From: an uncultured Gammaproteobacteria bacterium
Lineage (GTDB): Bacteria > Pseudomonadota > Gammaproteobacteria > Ga0077536
NCBI GenBank assembly: GCA_938075585.1
Contig: CALJHG010000026.1
Coordinates: forward strand, 20,303-84,302
Length of the DNA: 64,000 nucleotides
Direction: 5' to 3'
The translations under genes were made by a program, and so were the position numbers. Below, piece after piece: positions 54,361 through 64,000 of the stretch. How positions within the stretch are numbered: the first letter of the stretch is position 1; the number at the start of each line of letters is the position of its first letter. The notes beneath the pieces are model-generated. The model worked only from the letters and a program-made list of their open reading frames with translations. It was not told the origin of the DNA and did not search any database.

Positions 54361-55335
54361 ATGACTTCTTCTGACTACGTGCACAAAACAATTTCGTTAG
54401 CCCCGATGGCAGGGATTTCAGATCTTCCTTTTCGAACGATATGTCGGGAATTGGGTGCAGACTATGCCACTTCTGAAATGATAGCTTCGCGTACTGAGCT
54501 GTGGGGGTCGGTTAAAAGTAAGTCAAGGCTTTGCTTTCATGACGAGGTGTCACCCCGAGTTTTACAACTTGTTGGCTCTGAGCCTCAGACGATGGCTTTG
54601 GCCGCTAGTATGGCTGAGGTTAATGGCGCGGATGTGGTTGATATCAATATGGGCTGTCCAGCAAAAAAAGTCTGTGGTAAGGCGGCTGGGTCGGCGCTTC
54701 TAAGAGATGAAAATCTGGTCAGAAGAATTTTGGATGCAGTTGTTTCCGCCGTAGATATTCCGGTGACGTTAAAAATACGTACTGGGTGGGATGCCAGTTT
54801 TAAAAATGGTGTCACAATCGCTAGTATTGCTGAGAAGGCTGGGATAAGCAGTTTGGCGGTCCATGGTAGAACGAGAGCTTGTGGGTTTTCAGGCGTTGCT
54901 GAACACGGGACCGTGGCTCAAATTAAGACGATGTCAAATATTCGTATAGTAGGGAATGGAGATATTTTAGGCCTATCTAGTGCCAAGAAGATTTTTGATG
55001 AGACGGGGGTTGATGGAATCATGTTAGGTCGTGCTGCTCGGGGCAATCCTTGGATTTTTTCGGAGATTCGTTCTGGACTGGAGGGAAAAAATTGGAAACC
55101 TCCGACTGTATTTGAAAGACTGCAAGTTATGCTTCGTCACTTAAGCGCCATTCATGGCCACTATGGGTTGAATCGAGGCGTACGTATAGCACGGAAGCAT
55201 ATTGGGTGGTATCTTGAATTCTTTCCTGATGGCCAGATGGTTAAAAAAATGTTCAACACACTGTCTCTCGCTAGGGATCAGATTAAATTTTTAATGGACT
55301 ATGAAGAGTCATTTTATGTGGAAAAAAACGCGTGA
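54361..55335 (+). CDS. dusB: tRNA-dihydrouridine synthase B
   Basis: LAPMAG, DINMGCPAKKV, TLKIRTGW, VHGRT, ARKHIGWY; precedes fis. Confidence 0.95.
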   Translation: MTSSDYVHKTISLAPMAGISDLPFRTICRELGADYATSEMIASRTELWGSVKSKSRLCFHDEVSPRVLQLVGSEPQTMALAASMAEVNGADVVDINMGCPAKKVCGKAAGSALLRDENLVRRILDAVVSAVDIPVTLKIRTGWDASFKNGVTIASIAEKAGISSLAVHGRTRACGFSGVAEHGTVAQIKTMSNIRIVGNGDILGLSSAKKIFDETGVDGIMLGRAARGNPWIFSEIRSGLEGKNWKPPTVFERLQVMLRHLSAIHGHYGLNRGVRIARKHIGWYLEFFPDGQMVKKMFNTLSLARDQIKFLMDYEESFYVEKNA

Positions 55336-55583
55336 AACCTAACGAAGGCTCTCAACCTTTAGGAGAACTAGTAACCCTCGCTTTGGAGCAATATTTCGAA
55401 GACTTAAATGGCGAAATTGCGACCGATCTTTATGCGCTATTTTTGAAAGAAGTTGAAAAGCCCCTTCTGCAAGTGGTGCTGCGTGAGACTAACGGCAATT
55501 TATCGTTGGCTGCCAAAGTTTTGGGGATAAACCGAGGCACTCTTAGAACACGGTTAAATAAATATGGTTTAAAAAGTAAATGA
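55332..55583 (+). CDS. fis: Fis nucleoid-associated regulator (short form)
   Basis: [23 protein letters not shown]; dusB-fis-purH synteny. Confidence 0.9.
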   Translation: MKPNEGSQPLGELVTLALEQYFEDLNGEIATDLYALFLKEVEKPLLQVVLRETNGNLSLAAKVLGINRGTLRTRLNKYGLKSK

Positions 55584-57151
55584 TTGAGAATAAAAGAAGG
55601 TGGGCGCTGTTAAGTGTGTCCGATAAAACTGGAATCGTCGAATTTGCGAAGCGATTAGAAAACCTTGGTTTTGGCGTTCTTTCGACTGGCGGAACTGCTA
55701 TAGCATTGCGCGCCGGGGAGGTAGAGGTGGTTGACGTTTCGGAGTACACAGGATTTCCAGAGTTGATGCAGGGGCGTTTAAAAACATTGCATCCTAAAAT
55801 TCACGGCGGAATCTTAGGGCGACGGAATTTGGATGAGAGCGTTATGGCAGAGCACTCTATAGAGGCGATCGATTTAGTCGCTGTAAACTTATATCCATTT
55901 TCGGCAACGGTAGAACGTCGGGACTGCACCTTTGATGAAGCGATTGAGAATATAGATATAGGTGGGCCAACGATGATTCGTGCCGCCGCTAAGAATCATG
56001 CTGCGGTAGTAGTAATTTGTGATCCAGTGGACTATGACTCTGTAGCTATAGAATTAGAAGAAGTCGGGAGCGTGAGTGATGCACTGCGTTACGGGTTGGC
56101 AGCCAAAGCATTTGGTCACACCTCGAAATATGATCAAGCGATTTATACCTACCTTAATAAAAGTAAGATCGATTCAAAAGAGTTGTTTCCGAAGGAACTA
56201 TCTATTGATGTGTCGCTAAACCAAACGCTGCGCTACGGCGAAAACCCTCACCAGAAAGCCGCTTTTTATAAAGAAAAAGTTGTACCTCAAGGCTCCCTAT
56301 CATCAGCACTACAAGTCCAAGGAAAGGAGTTGTCCTATAATAACATCGCTGATACCGATGCCGCATTAGATATGGTTCGTGCGCTGCAGGGCCCTGCCTG
56401 TTGTATCGTTAAGCATGCGAACCCGTGTGGTGTCGCAGAAGCAACTGATTTGATGACGGCTTATAAATTAGCGTTCGAAACTGATCCAACGTCAGCGTTT
56501 GGGGGGATCATTGCGTTTAATCGAATTTTGACAGGCTCGGTTGCGAGCGCGGTAATTGAGCGGCAATTCGTTGAGGTGATTATAGCGCCTGAAATTGAAG
56601 CAGACGCGGTAAAAATACTACAGAGTAAACCGAACGTTCGCGTGTTATCGACGGGTGTTTGGGAAGCGGAGCCTTTTCGACAGATGGAATATAAACGGGT
56701 TATGGGTGGCATATTAGTGCAGGAAAGGGACTACACAGCACAGCTTATGATGGAGGATGATTTAAAGGTTGTGTCAAAAAGGCGTCCAACTGCGATGGAG
56801 ATCGAAGATATGCTTTTTGCGTGGCGGGTGGCGGCATGCGTGAAGTCTAATGCTATTGTTTATGCAAAGGATAAACGCACTATTGGTGTGGGTGCTGGGC
56901 AAATGAGCCGTATTTACAGCGCTCGGATCGCGGCCATAAAAGCGGAAGATGAAGGGCTAGTCGTTAAAGGCTCTGTTATGGCGTCCGATGCATTCTTTCC
57001 TTTTCGTGATGGTATTGATGCGGCGGCAGAGTCAGGTATCGTAGCGGTTATACAACCAGGGGGCTCAATGCGCGATGATGAAGTAATCGCTGCCGCTGAT
57101 GAGAATGATATGGCCATGGTGTTTACCGGAGAACGGCACTTTAGGCACTAG
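55580..57151 (+). CDS. purH: AICAR transformylase/IMP cyclohydrolase
   Basis: [49 protein letters not shown]. Confidence 0.98.
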   Translation: MIENKRRWALLSVSDKTGIVEFAKRLENLGFGVLSTGGTAIALRAGEVEVVDVSEYTGFPELMQGRLKTLHPKIHGGILGRRNLDESVMAEHSIEAIDLVAVNLYPFSATVERRDCTFDEAIENIDIGGPTMIRAAAKNHAAVVVICDPVDYDSVAIELEEVGSVSDALRYGLAAKAFGHTSKYDQAIYTYLNKSKIDSKELFPKELSIDVSLNQTLRYGENPHQKAAFYKEKVVPQGSLSSALQVQGKELSYNNIADTDAALDMVRALQGPACCIVKHANPCGVAEATDLMTAYKLAFETDPTSAFGGIIAFNRILTGSVASAVIERQFVEVIIAPEIEADAVKILQSKPNVRVLSTGVWEAEPFRQMEYKRVMGGILVQERDYTAQLMMEDDLKVVSKRRPTAMEIEDMLFAWRVAACVKSNAIVYAKDKRTIGVGAGQMSRIYSARIAAIKAEDEGLVVKGSVMASDAFFPFRDGIDAAAESGIVAVIQPGGSMRDDEVIAAADENDMAMVFTGERHFRH

Positions 57152-57188
57152 TCAGTTTTAATTTTGGATAATTAGGCGATTATAGTTG

Positions 57189-58469
57189 ATGAAAGTTTTA
57201 ATAGTCGGCGGCGGTGGTCGCGAACACGCCTTAGCATGGAAATGCGCCCAATCAGTAAATGTCAGCGAGGTGTTTTGTGCTCCAGGAAATATCGGATCTG
57301 GTGAGGAGGACAAAGTAAAAAATATACCAATAGAGGCCGAAAGAATTGATTCTCTAGTGGCTTTTGCGTTGGAAGAGCAGATCACTTTAACTATCATTGG
57401 CCCTGAGGCGCCGTTAGCTGCCGGTATCGTAGATGAATTTAAAAGTGTTGGCCTTCACTGCTTTGGGCCTACTAAAGAGTCCGCTCAACTTGAGGCCTCT
57501 AAATCTTTTACTAAAGATTTTTTGAAGAGGCATGATATTCCGACCGGAGAGTATGAGACTTTTACGCAACTAGACGAGGCGATAGAGTATATTAATCAAA
57601 GGCCAGTTCCAATTGTTGTTAAGGCGGACGGCCTCGCTGCGGGTAAAGGCGTGGTAGTAGCCCGTACGAGGCAAGAGGCGTTAGGAGCGGCGCGTAGCAT
57701 GCTTATTGACAATACTTTTGGAGAGGCGGGTGCGCGCATAGTTGTGGAGGAGTTTTTAGAAGGCGAGGAAGCAAGTTTTATATGTATGAGCGATGGAGAA
57801 ATTGCAATACCATTCGCTTCTTCTCAAGATCATAAGGCAAGAGACAACGGTGATGAGGGTCCTAATACTGGTGGTATGGGCGCCTATTCTCCTGCCCCGA
57901 TCGTCGACAAACGCATGCGGGATAAAATTATGGAAACAATAATTTATCCTACATTAGAAGGGATGAAAAATGATGGCCGGCCCTACCAAGGCTTTCTGTA
58001 TGCAGGCGTGATGATTGGTTCGGATAATGTCCCAAAAGTCCTAGAGTTTAATTGTCGCTTTGGAGATCCAGAGACTCAGCCAATTATGATGCGACTGAAA
58101 TCTGATTTAGCGGAAGCCTGTTTGTCCGTATTAAACGGGGGTGCTAAAAATGTGGCACTTGAGTGGGACTCTCGTGCCTCTTTAGGCGTAGTTTTGGCAG
58201 CTCAAGGTTATCCGCTATCCTATGAGACTGGCGATATTATTAAAGGGCTTGATAGTCATGTAACTGATACAAAAGTTTTTCATGCTGGTACCAAGGAAGT
58301 TGACGGGGAGTGTGTTACCGCGGGGGGGCGGGTGCTGTGTGTAGTCGGGTTGGGTGAAACAGTTGGCGAAGCACAGGCTAGGGCACATTCTAGGGTGGCG
58401 ACGATAGAATGGCGGGGAAAATATTCTCGGACTGATATAGGCTATCGGGCAATTATGCGCGAAAAATAG
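57189..58469 (+). CDS. purD: Phosphoribosylamine-glycine ligase
   Basis: GGGGREHAL, KADGLAAGKGV, GPNTGGMGAYSP, RFGDPETQ. Confidence 0.98.
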   Translation: MKVLIVGGGGREHALAWKCAQSVNVSEVFCAPGNIGSGEEDKVKNIPIEAERIDSLVAFALEEQITLTIIGPEAPLAAGIVDEFKSVGLHCFGPTKESAQLEASKSFTKDFLKRHDIPTGEYETFTQLDEAIEYINQRPVPIVVKADGLAAGKGVVVARTRQEALGAARSMLIDNTFGEAGARIVVEEFLEGEEASFICMSDGEIAIPFASSQDHKARDNGDEGPNTGGMGAYSPAPIVDKRMRDKIMETIIYPTLEGMKNDGRPYQGFLYAGVMIGSDNVPKVLEFNCRFGDPETQPIMMRLKSDLAEACLSVLNGGAKNVALEWDSRASLGVVLAAQGYPLSYETGDIIKGLDSHVTDTKVFHAGTKEVDGECVTAGGRVLCVVGLGETVGEAQARAHSRVATIEWRGKYSRTDIGYRAIMREK

Positions 58470-58478
58470 GATTTTTTC

Positions 58479-59135
58479 TCAGTCGGTTAGGTTAGCACTA
58501 TTAACATCCCACTTAACAAAATTAGTGAGAAAAGTTAGCCCGTTTTTTGCACTTTTTTCCGGGTGGAATTGGGTAGCAAACACATTGTCTTGGGTCACGG
58601 CGGAGGTAAATTCTTGTATGTATTTGGTGCTACTAGCAACGATTTTTGGATTAGATGTATCTACAAAGTAGCTATGCACAAAATAAAAGTACGAGCCGCT
58701 CGGGATCCCTCGAGTCAAAAAGTGGGAATCTGTCCAATGCACTCGGTTCCATCCCATATGCGGGATTTTCTCTAGACTTGTTCGATTATTAGAGCGGACA
58801 AATCGTTTCACATTGCCTGAGAAAATGTTTAGACAGTCGACTCCATTGTTTTCGTCACTACAAGTCATCAACGATTGCAATCCCAAGCAGATCCCTAAAA
58901 ATGGTTTTGAAGCAATACAGTATTTTATGGACTCAATTAGATCTAGCTGCTTCAGCTGATTCATACAGTCGCCTATAGCGCCTTGTCCCGGGAAAACCGC
59001 CCGGTCGCAATCTCTTATGATTTTTGGATCATTTGTCACTCGGACTTTTTGGCCAGGCAATGCGACAGCTTCAAGAGCTTTACTAACGGAGCGCAGGTTA
59101 CTGCTTCCATAATCAATAACTGCAATATGAGACAT
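58479..59135 (-). CDS. hisH: Imidazole glycerol phosphate synthase glutaminase subunit
   Basis: IDYGSSNL, FPGQG, GICLG, PHMGWN, YFVHSY, QFHPEKS. Confidence 0.96.
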   Translation of the reverse strand: MSHIAVIDYGSSNLRSVSKALEAVALPGQKVRVTNDPKIIRDCDRAVFPGQGAIGDCMNQLKQLDLIESIKYCIASKPFLGICLGLQSLMTCSDENNGVDCLNIFSGNVKRFVRSNNRTSLEKIPHMGWNRVHWTDSHFLTRGIPSGSYFYFVHSYFVDTSNPKIVASSTKYIQEFTSAVTQDNVFATQFHPEKSAKNGLTFLTNFVKWDVNSANLTD

Positions 59136-59155
59136 ACTTAGGCCAGGTCGAAATT

Positions 59156-59752
59156 TTAAAGGACGCCTTTTGTGGATGGCATAGTTCCTTCCATTCGAGT
59201 ATCGTATTGGACTGCCATCCGTAATGCGCGGCCTAATGCTTTGAATACAGTTTCTATAATATGATGCGCATTACGTCCTCTAATGCTATCGATATGGACA
59301 GTACACTGTGCGTGATTTACGAAGCCCTGGAAAAACTCGAGAAAAAGGTCAACATCAAAGTCCCCAATTCGTGCCCGGGGGAAATCCACCTCATATATGA
59401 GTCCAGGTCGACCCGACAGATCGATTACTACCCGAGATAATGCCTCATCCAGCGGCACATAGGCATGACCGTATCGTGTGATAGATTTTTTGTCGCCAAC
59501 CGCTTTTGAAATAGCTTGACCAAGTGTTATACCAACATCTTCAACAGTGTGATGCGCATCGATTTCAAGATCGCCAATCGCTTTAACATTAAGGTCAATC
59601 AGACCATGGCGAGCTATTTGATCCAGCATGTGCTCGAGCAGCGGAACACCTGTTTCAAACGTACCTTTACCACTCCCATCTAAGTCGACTTCCACTGTGA
59701 TATCGGTCTCGTTAGTTTTTCTAGCGATGCTGGCTTTACGTGTAGTTGTCAT
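59156..59752 (-). CDS. hisB: Imidazoleglycerol-phosphate dehydratase (monofunctional)
   Basis: [28 protein letters not shown]; no N-terminal phosphatase domain. Confidence 0.97.
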   Translation of the reverse strand: MTTTRKASIARKTNETDITVEVDLDGSGKGTFETGVPLLEHMLDQIARHGLIDLNVKAIGDLEIDAHHTVEDVGITLGQAISKAVGDKKSITRYGHAYVPLDEALSRVVIDLSGRPGLIYEVDFPRARIGDFDVDLFLEFFQGFVNHAQCTVHIDSIRGRNAHHIIETVFKALGRALRMAVQYDTRMEGTMPSTKGVL

Positions 59753-59847
59753 TTTTTATATATACTGATTAGCTGACTATTGTGGCGTACATTAACAGGT
59801 CGTGCCACGTTTGGTAAGTAAAAGAAACAAAAATATGATGGAACCTT

Positions 59848-60774
59848 ATGATTAAAGCTGCTGAAAGTCCCAATATTTCGATTATAGAACAGTGGCTTAC
59901 TAGCTTCCAAGACAGTGTTTGTAATTCTCTTGAAGGGAGAGATGGTTCAGCAAAATTTGTTGAAGATAAATGGGAGCGGACAGGGTTCGGCTTTGGTCGC
60001 ACAAAAATCATGTCGCAAGGCTCTGTCTTTGAACAAGCTGGAGTGAATTTTTCCTCTGTCAAAGGGGACGCCCTTCCTCCGGCCGCTACAGCGAAAAGAC
60101 CGGAGTTAGTGGGTAGGAGCTTCCGGGCGATGGGGGTGTCTATTGTTGTTCATCCGAATAATCCCTATGTCCCAACAACTCACGCAAATTTAAGGTTTAT
60201 CCGAGCGGACAAAGATGGGGAAGAGCCGGTTTGGTGGTTCGGTGGCGGATTTGATTTGACGCCCTACTACGGTTTTGAGGAAGACGCGATCTTTTGGCAT
60301 ACCGCTGCCCGAGACGCCTGCAGTAAATACGGGGAAGATATTTACCCAAAATTTAAACAGTGGTGTGATGATTATTTTTATATTAAGCACCGAAATGAGC
60401 AACGAGGAATTGGAGGCATATTCTTTGATGACTTGAACCAATGGTCATTTGATAGGTGTTTTGAATTTGTCCGTGGAGTCGGTGCAGGATTTTTGAAGGG
60501 ATATTTACCGATCGTTGAATTAAGACGAAATACTCAATTTTCGGACAATGAAAGAGAGTTCCAGCTTTATCGTCGAGGTCGTTATGTTGAATTTAATTTA
60601 GTTTATGATCGAGGTACGTTATTTGGCCTTCAGTCTGGCGGGCGAACCGAGTCAATTTTAATGTCACTTCCTCCGCTTGTACGCTGGAGTTATAGCCGCG
60701 TTCCTAAGCCGGGTAGCGAAGAGGCTAGGTTGTCGGACTATTTTCTCAAGCCCAAGGATTGGGTTAACAATTAA
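59848..60774 (+). CDS. hemF: O2-dependent coproporphyrinogen III oxidase
   Basis: [39 protein letters not shown]. Confidence 0.97.
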   Translation: MIKAAESPNISIIEQWLTSFQDSVCNSLEGRDGSAKFVEDKWERTGFGFGRTKIMSQGSVFEQAGVNFSSVKGDALPPAATAKRPELVGRSFRAMGVSIVVHPNNPYVPTTHANLRFIRADKDGEEPVWWFGGGFDLTPYYGFEEDAIFWHTAARDACSKYGEDIYPKFKQWCDDYFYIKHRNEQRGIGGIFFDDLNQWSFDRCFEFVRGVGAGFLKGYLPIVELRRNTQFSDNEREFQLYRRGRYVEFNLVYDRGTLFGLQSGGRTESILMSLPPLVRWSYSRVPKPGSEEARLSDYFLKPKDWVNN

Positions 60775-60883
60775 TAGTTCTGTACGTTAGACTTATAGAA
60801 AGTTACTACCCCCCCTGATTTTTGAAGATGGCTATTCAGTTGGTAACAGTATCGATTTGGATTAAAAAAATTATGCAGCTTTT

Positions 60884-61975
60884 TTAGCTCGTGTTTGGGG
60901 TGTTTGGAGCAATACCATTTTCTATTAAGACTTTTCTAAGTCCTTTAATAGCTGGAAATACTTCATTATTCAGATCACTGCCTTGATTATTGAAAGCGTT
61001 TTGTTCTAGTTCGCATATGATGCGATCCTCTTTAAAAATACCGTTAGTGAACCAAACGATGAAAGGCCAAAAGACGTCAAGTAATAAACTAATTTTTGGC
61101 CGTCGGATCATCATCAGGCCAAAGGTATGATTTTTTCGATTTTCTTTGTCTATTGGTACATAAATATTCCATAGATCGAGCGCGGGCTCCTCACTGCCCG
61201 CAGTCCAGAATTTCAGGGTCTGATAAGGATATTCCGTTCTTATTGTCATCAGGTCTCGTTCGCCGAGCGCCGCTTTTGGCCGATCACCGAGCATAAATTT
61301 TTCGCCTAAAGGTTGACTGCCACTGGCGCGCGTAAATGTGTAATCACTTTCAAACCAATTACTACCGTGGCGCATTCCTAAAAACATCGTTTTTATGCCG
61401 CCCATCAGTTTTCTGTGAAGGAACTGGTGATTCATATCCATGAGGTTCTCATGCATAAAGGTATAATGACAATCTACAGTACGGTCTAAGTATCTTGTTT
61501 TGTACTTAGGGTTAGTTGCCGAAGGCACGTTCGGAAATGTTTCATCGGTAGCTTTATCAATATCACCAGGAAATATAAAAATAAGACCGTAGGCTTCTTT
61601 GGACGGATAATGTTTAACGTTATTACGCTTAGTTTTACGCGCATCTAGATACGGAATACTGATGCAATCACCGTTCGCATCATATTCCCAGCCGTGGTAC
61701 CCGCATTTTATAGTGCAACCCGACACTTTCCCAATATCCAGTGGTACCTGTCTATGGGCACAGCGGTTTTCTAAAGCAAAGAGTTTTCCTTTTGTTGGTC
61801 TTACAAGAACTATCGATTCGCCTGAAAAGCTCACAGCTCGGGTTTTTCCTATTTTGACGTCTTTTGAGCGAGCTATGGGATACCAGAAGTTTGGATCAAT
61901 TAAGGTCTTTCGAATGTCCGCCACCTCTTCGCCAAACTCGATTGGAGAGACGTCGGGAAAGTTTTCTGCAGACAT
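60884..61975 (-). CDS. Rieske non-heme iron oxygenase alpha subunit, substrate unknown
   Basis: CAHR...CGYHGW Rieske motif; ENLMDMNHQFLH mononuclear iron motif; distal FKED. Confidence 0.88.
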   Translation of the reverse strand: MSAENFPDVSPIEFGEEVADIRKTLIDPNFWYPIARSKDVKIGKTRAVSFSGESIVLVRPTKGKLFALENRCAHRQVPLDIGKVSGCTIKCGYHGWEYDANGDCISIPYLDARKTKRNNVKHYPSKEAYGLIFIFPGDIDKATDETFPNVPSATNPKYKTRYLDRTVDCHYTFMHENLMDMNHQFLHRKLMGGIKTMFLGMRHGSNWFESDYTFTRASGSQPLGEKFMLGDRPKAALGERDLMTIRTEYPYQTLKFWTAGSEEPALDLWNIYVPIDKENRKNHTFGLMMIRRPKISLLLDVFWPFIVWFTNGIFKEDRIICELEQNAFNNQGSDLNNEVFPAIKGLRKVLIENGIAPNTPNTS

Positions 61976-62033
61976 GCTGTGGCCTTTAAAATGAGTCTAT
62001 AGACACATACTAGCGCGTTAAGGTGCTTGTAGG

Positions 62034-62501
62034 CTAATATAAACCAAGTTCGAGGCCGGCGGAAATAGTCATGCCGAGTTCGCGACATGACTCGAGTTCT
62101 TGTGATGTAACACCTTTTTTACAAATCATAGGTTCTGCTACGTTGTTCCATCCTAAGCCCGTGATAATTTTCTTCATGGATGAGACTGCCCCACTCCCAT
62201 CATTGTCAGCTGCCACGAATAACGCGTAACTTAGTCCGCGCGTGCATTCAATGCATTCGTAATAAATTTCCTCAAAAAAATATTTTATTGGACCTGACAT
62301 GTAACCAAAATTTTCAGGAGTTCCAATGATAATAGCTTGGCAAGTTTTTACTGTTTCAGGAGTGACTTTTAAAGGATTAACTAGCTCCACTGTTGTTCCG
62401 GAGACAGCCGTAGCACCACTAATAATTGCATCGGCCATTTTTTTTACAGTACCGGATTTGGAGTGGTAAACAATGAGTAGTTTATTTGGGACGTTATCCA
62501 T
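62034..62501 (-). CDS. Flavodoxin-like / WrbA-type FMN-binding protein (start corrected to ATG 62501)
   Basis: LLIVYHSKSGTVKKMA FMN-phosphate loop, GTPENFGYMSG; the longer ORF-track start overlaps the divergent gene. Confidence 0.82.
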   Translation of the reverse strand: MDNVPNKLLIVYHSKSGTVKKMADAIISGATAVSGTTVELVNPLKVTPETVKTCQAIIIGTPENFGYMSGPIKYFFEEIYYECIECTRGLSYALFVAADNDGSGAVSSMKKIITGLGWNNVAEPMICKKGVTSQELESCRELGMTISAGLELGLY

Positions 62502-62565
62502 ATATTTACGTTTGGCTGGAATTATAAGCATACTATAGCTTCCAGTTACCGCATAAGGAAGACTC

Positions 62566-63459
62566 ATGAAGTCAGAGAGACAATTGCTAGAAGTTCCAAT
62601 TAGTGATGGCGTATTGACGGTGGCGCGATGGATAGCTGAAGGACCAAGGATTTTGTTAGTGCACGGTATTTCTTCTTCCCATATGGCATGGTATGACATC
62701 GCAAATTGTTTACATGACAAGGGTTATGACATTATCGCTCCTGATCTGAGAGGTCGTGGTGCAAGCAGTTCTGTGCACGGAGGGTACGGATTAAAAGCGC
62801 ATGAGAATGATCTTATACAGATAATAAATTATTTTTCGGGTAAGCCAGTTACGCTGGTAGGCCATTCGATGGGAGCCTACATCGGAGTGAAATTCGCAGA
62901 GAACTTTCCCGAATATTTAGAGCGTTTAATACTAGTAGATGGTGGAATTGCATTACCTCGGCCTATGAATGTTGAGCCTGAGGCGTATCTTCTTAAAACC
63001 TTAGGACCAGCCCTAGATAGGCTTTCCTTAGAGTTTGACGATAAAGAGGCATATTTTAATTTTTGGCGTGCTCACCCGTCTTTTAGCGATCCTACAAATT
63101 GGAGTGAGGGGGTTGAGCACTTCTTAGAGTATGATTTAGAGTCTACAGAAAGTGGAAGATTCAAGAGTCGGGTCTCGAAGGACGCAGTTTTGAAAGATGG
63201 GGGAGATCTAATGGCACCAAGCATGGCGACGATGATAAATAAGGTCAAGACGCCTATGCTATTACTTACCGCAGAACGGGGTCTCCTAAATCAGGAAAAA
63301 CCGATGTTGCCAGTGGCGGCAGTAAAAGAAAAAGTGACGTTAATAGAACATTTGGCGTGGCAAGAAATTGCTAGAACGAACCATTACTCTATCACCCTCT
63401 CTACAGGCATTGCTCCGGTTTCAGCTGCGATCCAAAATTTTTGTCACTCCTGCAAATGA
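62566..63459 (+). CDS. Alpha/beta fold hydrolase
   Basis: LVHGI, PDLRGRGAS, GHSMG nucleophile elbow, LVDGG, TNHY catalytic His. Confidence 0.88.
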   Translation: MKSERQLLEVPISDGVLTVARWIAEGPRILLVHGISSSHMAWYDIANCLHDKGYDIIAPDLRGRGASSSVHGGYGLKAHENDLIQIINYFSGKPVTLVGHSMGAYIGVKFAENFPEYLERLILVDGGIALPRPMNVEPEAYLLKTLGPALDRLSLEFDDKEAYFNFWRAHPSFSDPTNWSEGVEHFLEYDLESTESGRFKSRVSKDAVLKDGGDLMAPSMATMINKVKTPMLLLTAERGLLNQEKPMLPVAAVKEKVTLIEHLAWQEIARTNHYSITLSTGIAPVSAAIQNFCHSCK

Positions 63460-63462
63460 TTG

Positions 63463-64000
63463 TCAAATACTAGTTGCCTCAGTTGCTTTTTCAGCGCCGC
63501 GCAGTGTTTGCTTGCGGGCATTTTCTGTCAGCTCACGTTTACGTAATCTAACCGCCTTTGGGGTAACTTCAACTAGTTCATCATCCGCAATAAATTCTAA
63601 GGCTTGCTCGAGATCGAAGAGTACAGGCGGCGTTAAAATCAAATTCTCATCATTTCCGGCAGCGCGTATATTGTTAAGTTGTTTCGCTTTGAGTGGATTA
63701 ACTACTAGATCATTATCCCTAGAATGTTGACCGACTATCATGCCCTCGAACACTTCATCGCCATGATTTACGAAAAGACGTCCTCTTTCTTGGAGGTTAA
63801 AAAGGGCGAAGGCCAGCGCTTTCCCCGCTCCGTTAGAAATTAATACACCTTTGTTTCGTGCTCCTATAATGCCTTGTTCTGCTTCTTTATAGTCTTCGAA
63901 GCTAGAAAACATTAGCCCATTTCCGGAAGTCGCAGTCATAAACTCTGTGCGAAAGCCAATTAGACCTCGAGCTGGTATTGAGTAGTCCAGTCGGACTCGC
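63463..64000 (-). CDS. typA: Translational GTPase TypA/BipA, 3' part (truncated by window end)
   Basis: Frame stays open to the window edge: RLDYSIPARGLIGFRTEF, LQERGRLF, DDELVEVTP, RLRKR. Confidence 0.96.
   Translation of the reverse strand, partial: RVRLDYSIPARGLIGFRTEFMTATSGNGLMFSSFEDYKEAEQGIIGARNKGVLISNGAGKALAFALFNLQERGRLFVNHGDEVFEGMIVGQHSRDNDLVVNPLKAKQLNNIRAAGNDENLILTPPVLFDLEQALEFIADDELVEVTPKAVRLRKRELTENARKQTLRGAEKATEATSI

Noticed and set aside
62502..62720. N-terminal extension of the flavodoxin ORF
   Set aside because: Antisense to the hydrolase; the fold begins at MDNVPNKLLIVYHS

Overview
64 kb of core chromosome from a compact, moderately AT-rich gammaproteobacterium, centred on the replication origin. 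Left to right: proC(3')-yggT-metX-metW, xth/pyrE, slmA-argB-coaBC, rpmBG, desA, an orphan hydantoinase/oxoprolinase A subunit, mutM, ggt-yfhL-coaD-rsmD-M16 peptidase pair, ftsY-rpoH, a full aa3-type cytochrome c oxidase cluster, bioBFCD, gyrB-recF-dnaN-dnaA with oriC, rpmH-rnpA-yidC-mnmE, five LPS/LOS glycosyltransferase-type genes, ilvE, ybdL, fxsA, dsbD-TlpA-aroQ-accBC-prmA-dusB-fis-purHD, an isolated hisBH pair, hemF, a Rieske oxygenase/flavodoxin/alpha-beta hydrolase trio and typA(3'). I saw no RNA genes, mobile elements, CRISPR arrays or defence systems. I cannot claim a clearly new biological system. The best signals are cis-elements read directly from the DNA: a CIRCE overlapping the rpoH promoter, a compact oriC, a parS site inside recF, a BirA operator and a bioB-bioF coupling hairpin. 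Also notable are an unannotated 36-aa cox gene, a catalytically intact ExoIII at the position where Pseudomonas has crc, and two incomplete enzyme modules (Rieske oxygenase without a reductase; oxoprolinase A without B). All calls come from motif recognition and remembered synteny, with no database searches.
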